Shown here in pieces: positions 34,326 through 42,403 of a stretch of DNA of 64,000 nt; positions within the stretch are counted from its first letter, which is position 1, and each line of letters begins with the position of its first letter. A model generated the notes under the pieces. It saw only the letters and a program-made list of their open reading frames with translations, was not told the origin of the DNA and ran no database searches. A program made the translations under genes and the position numbers. Location: positions 488 to 64,487 of the forward strand of contig CAZPYU010000285.1 of the NCBI GenBank assembly GCA_964590905.1. Reading direction: 5' to 3'. The stretch comes from an uncultured Thermoanaerobaculia bacterium (GTDB taxonomy: Bacteria > Acidobacteriota > Thermoanaerobaculia > Multivoradales > JAGPDF01).

Positions 34326-36731
34326 ATGTTGAATAGGATCTCGAAGCTCTCGAAGCTCGCTATCGCCACCGCTCTGCTGATTGGAGTCGGGTGCACGGGA
34401 AGCGAGAACAAGCTCCCGGCCGGCACTCCGGCGACGCCCGTCACGCCGATCTTTCTCTTCCTCGACCTGACCAGCGACAAGACCTCGCTGGACTCGACGA
34501 GGTCGACAACGGCCAAGCTCGCTGTAGTGGCGAAGTTCGCCGACAGCGGCGCGCCGGTGCGCGACGGCACGATCGTCAGCCTGAGCACGACCCTAGGGTC
34601 ATTCAACAGCGCTTCCGGTGGGCGGACCCTCCTGCTCGAAATGCTCGGCGGTACCGGCACGGCGATCTTCTTCCCGGGCACTGTCGGCGGCCTGGCTCGC
34701 ATTCGTGCCGAGCTGAACGGCGTGGTCGACCTGCTCGACATCCGCATCGAACCGATCTCCGAGATCATCCTCGATCTGACGACCGACGACACGCTGCTGG
34801 TGGCCGAGGGCTCCGACACGGCGAATCTCAAGGTAGTCGCCAAGTTCGCCGAGAGCGGTCTGCCGGTGGCGGACGGCACCAAGATCGCCATGACCACGGA
34901 CCTGGGCGCATTCGACAGCGTCGCTGGCCCGCAGACCCTCGACGTCGTGACCTTCGGTGGAGTGGCCACGCTTGTTCTCTTCCCGGGTGCGGTAGCCGGC
35001 ACGGCGAACGTCCAAGCTGAGCTGAACGGCGCCATCGACCTGGTGGAGATCATCATCAGGGCCGCGGCAATTCCGCCGCCGCCGACGCCGGGGGCGAGCA
35101 CGATTCTGCTCACGGTAGTGCCCTCGTTCGTCGACGAGGAGGATCCGGCGACAGGTGCCGACAAGCTCCTCGTTACGGCGACGGTCTTCGATACCGTAGG
35201 CAAGCCGTTCAAGGGTGGCAACATCATCTTCTCGTCCGATGCCGGCACGCTCGACTCGGGCGGCGCCATCATCAAGACCAGCTCCGTCGGCAAGGCGAGC
35301 GACCTGCTGGAGGTGACGCTCGCCGACATGCTGGCGGTGACAGGCAGCTCGTTCACCGTCACGGCGACCCTCGGCATCATCGGCGGCACGGCTTCGGCGA
35401 ACTTCGAAGTCACCATCATCCGCGGACCGGAAGACCCGGTGGCGGCGAACGTCCTGCTCACGGTGGACAAGAGCTCGGTTCCCGAAGATGGCGCCGATCC
35501 GGAGGTGATCGACCTGGATGCCTTGGTCACCGATCAGTTCGGCGACCCGCTGAACGGCATCAATGTCACCTTCAGCTCCGGGCTCGGAACGGTAGCGCCG
35601 CTCGTCGTGCTGACCGCCGGGGGCGGATTGGCCGACTCCGGCGTCAGCCTGACGGATCCCCAGCTGGCCGGGCATCCGACCGACTCGTTCACCGTCACGG
35701 CTACCATCGCGACCGCGTCCGGTACGGATACTTCGACCGTGACCATCACAATCATCCGCGGCACCGATCCGGTGCCGACCAACGTCGAGCTCACGGCGTC
35801 GCCGACCACGGTGCCACAGGACGGCGTCACCGGCGACCCGGAGGTCGTCGACCTCGACGCGCTGGTCACCGATCAGTTCGGCGATCCGCTGAACGGCGTC
35901 AACGTCACCTTCACCTCGCAGCTCGGTACGGTGGTGACTCAAGTCGTGCTGACCGCCGCGGGCGGATTGGCCGACTCCGGCGTCAGCTTGACCGACGCCC
36001 AGTTGGCGGCTCACCCGACGAACAGTTTCACCGCCACAGCGACGATCACGACCTCGACCGGCACGGATACGTCTACCGTGACGATCACCATCCTGCGTGA
36101 CGTACCGCTCGTGCCGACCAACGTGGTGCTCCAGTCGAATGTCGATTTCATCGTCGACGACGGGACCGCCGAGGCCGTCGATCTAGATGCCGTCGTCACC
36201 GATCAGTTCGGTGATCCTCTGGACGGGGTCAACGTGTCGTTCTCGACCCAGCTCGGATTGCTCGACGATGCGGTGGAAGAGACCGGACCGCTCGGAACGA
36301 CGGCGGACCCGCTCGGCAGCGGCAGCGCTGATTCGGGCATTACCGTTACTGCGGGCGAGGTCAACACGCATCCGACGAACTCGTTCACGATCACCGCGAC
36401 GATCACGACCCCGGGCGGACCGGACACCTCGACCGTCACGATTACGATCGTGCGGCCGCCGGTGGCCGACTTCTCGTTCAACGGCGCGAGCGGGACGGAC
36501 GTCGTCAACTTCGTCGATCTCTCGACCGGAGGAGGTAGCAACACCTTCGCGTGGGATTTCGATAGCGGCGCCGCACCCCTCGTCGACTCGATTGCGCAGA
36601 ATCCGGCGGGAATCGACTTCTCCACCCTGCCCGCTCCTTGTGGCGGACCGTTCTGTCCTGTCACTCTCACAGTGACAAATCTCGCAGGATTCAGCTCGAT
36701 AACGAAGAGCGTGCCGATCCCGCTGCCGTAG
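34326..36731 (+). CDS. large lipoprotein with tandem bacterial Ig-like (Big/invasin-like) domains and a C-terminal PKD-like domain
   Basis: Lipobox LLIGVGC. At least six ~100-113-aa Ig-like repeats (e.g. DLDALVTDQFGDPLNG.NVTF...TSTVTITI). C-terminal ADFSFNG...VNFVDLSTGG..FAWDFDSG is PKD-like. Confidence 0.65.
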   Translation: MLNRISKLSKLAIATALLIGVGCTGSENKLPAGTPATPVTPIFLFLDLTSDKTSLDSTRSTTAKLAVVAKFADSGAPVRDGTIVSLSTTLGSFNSASGGRTLLLEMLGGTGTAIFFPGTVGGLARIRAELNGVVDLLDIRIEPISEIILDLTTDDTLLVAEGSDTANLKVVAKFAESGLPVADGTKIAMTTDLGAFDSVAGPQTLDVVTFGGVATLVLFPGAVAGTANVQAELNGAIDLVEIIIRAAAIPPPPTPGASTILLTVVPSFVDEEDPATGADKLLVTATVFDTVGKPFKGGNIIFSSDAGTLDSGGAIIKTSSVGKASDLLEVTLADMLAVTGSSFTVTATLGIIGGTASANFEVTIIRGPEDPVAANVLLTVDKSSVPEDGADPEVIDLDALVTDQFGDPLNGINVTFSSGLGTVAPLVVLTAGGGLADSGVSLTDPQLAGHPTDSFTVTATIATASGTDTSTVTITIIRGTDPVPTNVELTASPTTVPQDGVTGDPEVVDLDALVTDQFGDPLNGVNVTFTSQLGTVVTQVVLTAAGGLADSGVSLTDAQLAAHPTNSFTATATITTSTGTDTSTVTITILRDVPLVPTNVVLQSNVDFIVDDGTAEAVDLDAVVTDQFGDPLDGVNVSFSTQLGLLDDAVEETGPLGTTADPLGSGSADSGITVTAGEVNTHPTNSFTITATITTPGGPDTSTVTITIVRPPVADFSFNGASGTDVVNFVDLSTGGGSNTFAWDFDSGAAPLVDSIAQNPAGIDFSTLPAPCGGPFCPVTLTVTNLAGFSSITKSVPIPLP
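35511..36460 (+). repeat. three in-frame tandem DNA repeats (periods 339 and 330 nt) encoding Ig-like domains
   Basis: Units start at 35511, 35850 and 36180. Units 1 and 2 share long identical runs, e.g. ggtcaccgatcagttcggcga and gggcggattggccgactccggcgtcagc. Unit 3 is more diverged. Confidence 0.8.
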
Positions 36732-36781
36732 TAGAACGGGTGCTGTTGGGCGGACCAGAGCCCAGCGGTTCCAGGAAGGAA

Positions 36782-36826
36782 GACCGGAGACCGCCAGCAA
36801 CTCGGTGGCTCCGGTCTTCGGTTTTT
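36782..36826 (+). terminator. Rho-independent terminator closing the pilMNOPQ-lipoprotein operon
   Basis: 13-bp GC-rich stem (GACCGGAGaCCGCC / GGUGGCUCCGGUC; one bulged A, one G-U pair) with an 8-nt loop, followed by ttcggTTTTT. It starts 51 nt after the stop codon. Confidence 0.6.
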
Positions 36827-36951
36827 GGCGAAGTCCGGCGCTGGACTCGGCGCGCCAGACCGCGGTGATTGCAGGCCGTATGCTAGATTGACCGGTCTGA
36901 TTTGCAGCTCGACCGCCTCAGGCCGGCTCTGGCCCCCGAGGCGCCGGAGGA

Positions 36952-38355
36952 GTGGTGCCCGAGAACGGTTCCAGTGGAAGGTTGAGTGAGCTCGAGGCGC
37001 GGTGGCGCGAGGACCGCTCGCCACGGGTCTTCCTGCAGCTGGCCGACGAGCTGCGCCGCGCGGGCGAGTTGGCGCGCGCCGTTCGCGTCCTCGAGGAGGG
37101 GCTCACGCATAACCCCAACTCGATCTCGGGCCACGTGGCGCTCGGCCGCGTGCTGCTCGAAAGTGGCGAGCCGCTGCGCGCGATCACCGTCCTCGAGCGG
37201 GCGCTGGAGCGCGATCCGACCCAAGCGGTCGCCAATAAGCTGCTCGTCGAGGGCTGGATCCGGATGGGCGACGCCGCGAGCGCCCGGGGGCGGCTCGACA
37301 TCTATCGCATCCTGCAAGACAGCGACGCCGAAATCGAGGCGATGGAGCATCGAATCGACGTGCTCGAACGGGGCGAGGCGCCGGTACTATCCGACGAAAG
37401 CGCCGACGTCAGCGCTGAGGCGACTCCGTCGGAGATCGCCTGGCCGCTGCCCGTCGCTGCGGACACGCCAGCGCCTCCCGCGCTCTCGTCGGACGCCGAG
37501 ACGGTCTTCGATCTCTCGCCGCCGGCCGAGCTGCCCGCGATCGACCTCTTCGCAGCAGCACGTCGAGCGCCTCTGGTGTCCGACATTCCGGTCGCAGCAG
37601 TCGCGGTTCGCGACAGCGCCTCGAGGTCGAGCAGCGAGCCGTTCGGCGTCCTTTACGAGCCGACCGATGCGGCGCGCCGGATCGCGCGCTATCTGGAGGC
37701 GCAAGGCGTCTTCGCTCGCCCGCCCGTCGCCGCGCCGGCCGCGGCCAAGCCGTTCGCTCCTCCGATCGTCTTTCGCGAGGCGACCCTCGAGCTCTTGGCG
37801 GCCGAGCTCGAGGCGCCAACGTTCGAGATCGAAGCGTCGGATCTCGCGCCAGCAGAGCCTGCTTTCGAGCTCTTCTCCACCCTGGGCTACGGCGGCGAGG
37901 TCGATCGCGAACCGATCGAGGAGACGCTCGAGGAGCCGTTGGCCGAGCTCCTCGCGGGGCGGATCGACGAGCCACCGTCGGCGGAGCTCGAACCGCGCTT
38001 CGAGCTGGTGTCTGAAAGCGACGCGGCGGGCGCTCCGGGGGCTGTCGCTCCCGAGGTTGCGCCGGCGCAGGCGTTGGCGAGCAGCTCGACGCTAGCCGAG
38101 CTCTACCTGCGGCAGGGGCACCTCGCGGAGGCCGAGGTGGAGTACCGCGCCGTGCTCGCCGCGCGGCCCGACGATGACGTGGCGCACGCCGGCTTGGGCG
38201 AGGTCGGGCGACGGCGTGCCGCCGCGGCGGAGGAGACCGCGGTAGGGTTTCGCCGCGTTCGCCCCGGCGGCGGCCTGACCCAACGCAAGGTCGAGACGTT
38301 GCGCGCCTATCTGGTCAGAATCCAGCGCAGTCGAGCGAGGGCTCGTGTTTCTTGA
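36952..38355 (+). CDS. TPR-repeat protein with long Ala/Pro/Glu-rich central linker
   Basis: TPR-like helices occur at the N-terminus (FLQLADELRRAGELARAVRVLEEGL...ALGRVLLESGEPLRAITVLERALERDP) and C-terminus (LAELYLRQGHLAEAEVEYRAVLAARPDD). No signal peptide. Start uncertain (GTG 36952 or 36955). Confidence 0.6.
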   Translation: MVPENGSSGRLSELEARWREDRSPRVFLQLADELRRAGELARAVRVLEEGLTHNPNSISGHVALGRVLLESGEPLRAITVLERALERDPTQAVANKLLVEGWIRMGDAASARGRLDIYRILQDSDAEIEAMEHRIDVLERGEAPVLSDESADVSAEATPSEIAWPLPVAADTPAPPALSSDAETVFDLSPPAELPAIDLFAAARRAPLVSDIPVAAVAVRDSASRSSSEPFGVLYEPTDAARRIARYLEAQGVFARPPVAAPAAAKPFAPPIVFREATLELLAAELEAPTFEIEASDLAPAEPAFELFSTLGYGGEVDREPIEETLEEPLAELLAGRIDEPPSAELEPRFELVSESDAAGAPGAVAPEVAPAQALASSSTLAELYLRQGHLAEAEVEYRAVLAARPDDDVAHAGLGEVGRRRAAAAEETAVGFRRVRPGGGLTQRKVETLRAYLVRIQRSRARARVS

Positions 38356-38701
38356 ACGTCTGAACGCGGTCAGCAGTCGGATCGACGGTGCCGTCGCGGT
38401 ATCGCTGGTCGCCAACGACGGCATCCCGGTGGAGTCGGTGAGTGCCGCGCGAGATCTCGACCTCGAAACGGTGGCGGCAGAGATGGTGTCGCTGGCGCGA
38501 TCGATCGACAAGGAGCAGCGCGAGCTCTCGGTCGGCGAGCTTCGGCAGTTCACAGTCGCCGGGGATCGCATCGTCTACCTCTTGAGCCGCATCAGCGCCG
38601 GCTACTGGATTCTGGCCGCGCTCTCGCCCGAGACCTCGCTCGGGAGAGCTCGATTCGAGCTCAAGCGCGCCGCGCTGCTCTTCGAGGACGAGCTGGACTG
38701 A
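38345..38701 (+). CDS. Roadblock/LC7 domain protein (MglB-like)
   Basis: 11-nt overlap with the TPR gene. IDGAVAVSLVANDGIPVESV...LRQFTVAGDRIVYLLSRISAGYWILAALSPETSLGRARFELKRAA fits the Roadblock/LC7 alpha-beta-alpha pattern. Confidence 0.65.
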   Translation: MFLERLNAVSSRIDGAVAVSLVANDGIPVESVSAARDLDLETVAAEMVSLARSIDKEQRELSVGELRQFTVAGDRIVYLLSRISAGYWILAALSPETSLGRARFELKRAALLFEDELD

Positions 38702-38713
38702 GCCGAGCCCACC

Positions 38714-39205
38714 ATGCTGACGTTCGAACAGATCAAAGAACTCGTCGAGCTCGTCGCGAGGCACCGCCTACGCGAGCTCGAGCTGGAGCGGGCCGGCTTT
38801 CGGCTGCGTCTCTCCGCCGGACCCGATGCTACGGCGCGCGAGCCCGTCGCAGCTCCTTGGCCATCAGGCGCCGCGGTCGAGCCGGTTTCGCCTCTTTCGA
38901 TGGTGACCAACGAGCGGACCGAGGCGGCGTCGGTTGCGAGCTCGGTTCCTCCAGCCGCCGTCGAGCTCCACGTCGTCACCTCGCCTATCGTCGGTACCTT
39001 TTTCACGGCGCCGAGCCCGGAGTCGCCGCCGTATGCCCGGGTCGGAGATCGCGTCCGCAAGGGCCAGGTGCTGTGCATCGTCGAGGCGATGAAATTGATG
39101 AACGAAATCGAATGCGACATCGACGGCGTCGTCGCCGAGATCTACCCGAAGAACGCGCAGCCGATCGAGTACGGTGAGCCGTTGTTCGGTTTGCACCCCG
39201 ACTGA
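38714..39205 (+). CDS. accB: acetyl-CoA carboxylase biotin carboxyl carrier protein
   Basis: Biotinylation motif CIVEAMKLMNEIE and a Pro/Ala linker. Confidence 0.9.
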   Translation: MLTFEQIKELVELVARHRLRELELERAGFRLRLSAGPDATAREPVAAPWPSGAAVEPVSPLSMVTNERTEAASVASSVPPAAVELHVVTSPIVGTFFTAPSPESPPYARVGDRVRKGQVLCIVEAMKLMNEIECDIDGVVAEIYPKNAQPIEYGEPLFGLHPD

Positions 39206-39223
39206 GATTCGAGCAGCGAGTCG

Positions 39224-40585
39224 ATGTTTCGCAAGATTCTGATCGCCAACCGAGGCGAGATCGCCCTCCGCGTCATCCAGGCCTGCCGAGAGCTCGGAAT
39301 CCCGACCGTGGCGGTCCATTCCACCGCCGATCGCGACAGCTTGCACGTCACCTACGCCGACGAAGACGTCTGCATCGGACCTCCGGCGTCGCAAGAGAGT
39401 TATCTCGACAGCTCAGCCATTATCTCCGCGGCGGAGATCACCGGCGCCGATGCGATCCATCCCGGCTACGGCTTTCTCTCCGAGAACGCCAACTTCGCCG
39501 AGATGCTCGCCGAGTGCAACCTAACTTGGATCGGTCCACCGCCGGCGGTCATCCGGCTGATGGGCGACAAGGCAAGAGCACGCCAGATCGCGGTCGAAAT
39601 CGGCATCCCGGTTCTTCCCGGGAGCAGCGATCCGCTGAGCTCGCCCGAGGAGGCCCAGCGCTTGGCGGGCGCCGTCGGCTTTCCAGTCATCCTCAAGGCT
39701 TCGGCCGGCGGCGGCGGCCGCGGCATGCGCATCGTGCGCTCCAGCGAGGAGCTGCAGCGCGCCTTCGAGACCGCGGCGGCCGAGGCGGAGAAGGCGTTCT
39801 CGGACAGCTCGATCTACCTCGAGAAGTTCCTCGAAGAGCCGCGACACATCGAATTCCAGGTCTTCGGCGACGCGCTCGGCAACCTGATTCATCTCGGCGA
39901 GCGGGAGTGCTCCATCCAACGTCGTCACCAGAAGCTGATCGAGGAGGCGCCGTCTCCGGCCCTGACGCCGGAGCTGCGCAAGGCGATGGGAGAGGCTTCG
40001 ATTCGGCTCTGTGAGCGCGTGGGCTACCAAAACGCGGGAACCATCGAGTACCTCCTCGACCACGACGGCAGCTTCTATTTCATGGAGATGAACACCCGTA
40101 TCCAGGTCGAGCACCCGGTCACCGAGATGGTGACTGGGATCGATCTGGTCAAGCTCCAGATCGCGGTGGCCGCGGGGGAGCCGCTCCGCATTCCGTCGGG
40201 ATTGCATCCACGAGGGCACGCGATCGAGTGTCGGATCAACGCGGAGGACCCGCGCACCTTCGCTCCCTCGCCGGGAAAGTTGGTGACCTTCCATCCCCCC
40301 GGAGGGCCGGGTGTACGGGTCGACACGCACGGTTACGAGGACTACGTAGTGCCGCCCCATTACGACTCCTTGGTGGCGAAGCTGATCGCGCATGGGCGCG
40401 ACCGCGAGGAGGCGATCGCCCGCATGTTGCGCGCCCTCGACTTCTTCGTCATCGAAGGGGTCAAGACTTCGATTCCGCTGCATCGCGAGATTCTCCGCGA
40501 TCCGGTGTTCCGCTCCGGTCGGCTCTCGACGCGCTTTCTCGAAGGGTTCTTCGCGCGACGGGAGAGATCGGCGGTAGGCGCATGA
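39224..40585 (+). CDS. accC: acetyl-CoA carboxylase biotin carboxylase subunit
   Basis: [26 protein letters not shown]...ATP-grasp...[14 protein letters not shown]. Confidence 0.95.
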   Translation: MFRKILIANRGEIALRVIQACRELGIPTVAVHSTADRDSLHVTYADEDVCIGPPASQESYLDSSAIISAAEITGADAIHPGYGFLSENANFAEMLAECNLTWIGPPPAVIRLMGDKARARQIAVEIGIPVLPGSSDPLSSPEEAQRLAGAVGFPVILKASAGGGGRGMRIVRSSEELQRAFETAAAEAEKAFSDSSIYLEKFLEEPRHIEFQVFGDALGNLIHLGERECSIQRRHQKLIEEAPSPALTPELRKAMGEASIRLCERVGYQNAGTIEYLLDHDGSFYFMEMNTRIQVEHPVTEMVTGIDLVKLQIAVAAGEPLRIPSGLHPRGHAIECRINAEDPRTFAPSPGKLVTFHPPGGPGVRVDTHGYEDYVVPPHYDSLVAKLIAHGRDREEAIARMLRALDFFVIEGVKTSIPLHREILRDPVFRSGRLSTRFLEGFFARRERSAVGA

Positions 40586-40604
40586 GCACGCCTACGGAGG
40601 CGGG

Positions 40605-41120
40605 TTGAGGATCTTCCTGGCCGGATTCATGGGCGCCGGCAAGACCTCGGTGGGGAAACGGATCGCGGAGCGGCTGGAGATTCCGTTCGTCGACCTCGAC
40701 GCCGAAGTCGAGAGCTGCGCCGGCCTCTCGGTGCGCGAGATCTTCGCTCGCCAGGGCGAGGCGGAGTTTCGCGCCCGAGAGCACACGGCGCTCCGCGCGG
40801 CGCTGGAGCTGGATCCGGTCGTCGTGGCGCTCGGCGGAGGAACGCTCGGTCTGCCCGGCGTGCTCGACGAGCTCCGCGCCCGGGGTCTCCTGGTCTGGTT
40901 GAGCCCGGCATTCGCGACGCTGGTGCGCAGAATCGGAGCGCTGGGCAAGGACGACCGGCCGCTGTTTCGTGACGAAGCGGCAGCGTTCGATCTCTACCGG
41001 GAGCGATTGCCGGTGTACCGCCGCGCCGACCTGATCCTGGAGGTCGGTCCTACCGAGACGCCGGAGGAAGTCACCTCCCGTCTCGCCTTGGCACTGTCGG
41101 AGGCGAAGTGCAGTACCTGA
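40605..41120 (+). CDS. aroK: shikimate kinase
   Basis: TTG start 5 nt after GGAGG. IFLAGFMGAGKTSVGKRIAERLEIPFVDLD. Confidence 0.85.
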   Translation: MRIFLAGFMGAGKTSVGKRIAERLEIPFVDLDAEVESCAGLSVREIFARQGEAEFRAREHTALRAALELDPVVVALGGGTLGLPGVLDELRARGLLVWLSPAFATLVRRIGALGKDDRPLFRDEAAAFDLYRERLPVYRRADLILEVGPTETPEEVTSRLALALSEAKCST

Positions 41121-41851
41121 TCATCTCCGACATGCACGGCAATGCGGAGGCGCTCTCGACGGTCTTGCGCCGGGTGCGCCGCAAGCGCATCGATGCCCAC
41201 CTCGTGCTCGGCGATCTGGTCGGTTACGGTGCCGGTCCGAACCAGGTCGTCGAAGCGATTCGCGGTTTGCCGGGACCGGTCTTCAAGGTGCGCGGCAATC
41301 ACGACAAAGTCGCGTCGGAGATCGAAAACGGTTCGAACTTCAATCAAGCGGCGCTGACCGCCGCGCGCTGGACGACGCAGCATCTGGCCCCGTCGAATCT
41401 GCGCTTCGTGCGCGAGCTCGAGAAAGGGCCGATCGCGCTACCGGAGGGCTTCTGGATCTGCCACGGCTCGCCGCTCGACGAGGATCAGTACGTGCTCTCG
41501 ATCTTCGACGCTTGGGAAATTCTGTCGCGATTCGAGGGCGACCTGGTGTTCTTCGGGCACACTCACATTCCGTCCGTCTTCGTCTCCCGCGGCAACGAGA
41601 CCAGAGTGGCGCTCCTGCGCGGTCCGAGCGGGAGCATTCGGCTAGAGCCAGGAGTGCGCTATCTCGTCAATCCCGGCTCGATCGGGCAGCCACGCGATCG
41701 CGATCCCCGGGCCTCGTACATGACCTACGACACCGAGCGCCGGGTCGTGCGCTGGTACCGCGTCGACTACCCGATCGCGCGGGCGCAGCAGCGAATCCTC
41801 AAGGCTGGACTACCGAAGGTACTGGCCGAACGGCTCGCGCTCGGCGTGTAG
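41108..41851 (+). CDS. metallophosphoesterase family protein (YfcE/MJ0936-like)
   Basis: ISDMHGN...LGDLVGYG...RGNHD...FGHTH motifs. 13-nt overlap with aroK. Confidence 0.75.
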   Translation: MQYLIISDMHGNAEALSTVLRRVRRKRIDAHLVLGDLVGYGAGPNQVVEAIRGLPGPVFKVRGNHDKVASEIENGSNFNQAALTAARWTTQHLAPSNLRFVRELEKGPIALPEGFWICHGSPLDEDQYVLSIFDAWEILSRFEGDLVFFGHTHIPSVFVSRGNETRVALLRGPSGSIRLEPGVRYLVNPGSIGQPRDRDPRASYMTYDTERRVVRWYRVDYPIARAQQRILKAGLPKVLAERLALGV

Positions 41852-41901
41852 CCCGACGCGCGAGGCAAGCTAGAATCGATCTCGAAATGGAGAGCAAAAC
41901 G

Positions 41902-42366
41902 ATGTTCACCCACCGCTCGTCGCTTCGCCTGGTAGTACTCGTCGCGTTGACGTCGCTTCTTGCCGCTGCCTCCTTCGCAGCCGAGCCGCGCGTCGTCAAG
42001 CTCAAGGGACTGGACGCCATGCAGTACGACGTCAAGAAGATCGAAGCCAAGCCCGGCGAGTCGATCGAGATCCAGCTCACCGCGATCTCCAACATGTCCA
42101 AGCAGGAGATGGCGCACAACTTCGTGCTGTTAGCGAAAGCGGCGCCCGTGGACGCCTTCGTCATGGACGCGGCGATGGCGCGGAAGACGGACTACATTCC
42201 GGCGGCGAAGAAGAAGTTCGTGCTCGCCGCGACCGGCCTGGCAGGCGGTGGCGAGACCGTCAAGATCACCTTCACGGCGCCGAAGGAGCCCGGGGAGTAC
42301 GTCTATCTCTGTACCTTCCCGGGCCATTTCATCGGCGGCATGAAGGGGACTCTGATCGTCAAGTAA
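41902..42366 (+). CDS. azurin-like type 1 copper protein (cupredoxin)
   Basis: Signal peptide MFTHRSSLRLVVLVALTSLLAAASFAAEP. Copper-site motif YLCTFPGHFIGGMKG plus an upstream MAHNFV His. GGAGAG lies 7 nt upstream of ATG 41902; ATG 41887 is an alternative start. A TAGAAT hexamer sits at 41871-41876. Confidence 0.75.
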   Translation: MFTHRSSLRLVVLVALTSLLAAASFAAEPRVVKLKGLDAMQYDVKKIEAKPGESIEIQLTAISNMSKQEMAHNFVLLAKAAPVDAFVMDAAMARKTDYIPAAKKKFVLAATGLAGGGETVKITFTAPKEPGEYVYLCTFPGHFIGGMKGTLIVK

Positions 42367-42403
42367 GGCGCTGGGCGTCCCGCAATTCCGGGCCCGAGAG
42401 CCT

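Noticed and set aside
35511-36460. Regularly spaced ~330-nt repeats, which could superficially look like a repeat array.
   Set aside because: The period is far too long for CRISPR, the units are contiguous without spacers, and they are in frame. They encode Ig-like protein domains.
36867-36907. Direct repeat GATTGCAG ... GATTTGCAG flanking TAGATTGACCGGTC (which contains the palindrome GACCGGTC) upstream of the TPR gene, considered as an operator/promoter.
   Set aside because: No properly spaced -35/-10 pair could be assembled (TTGACC has no -10, and TAGATT has no -35). The repeats are short enough to be chance. This is worth revisiting only if the transcription start maps here.
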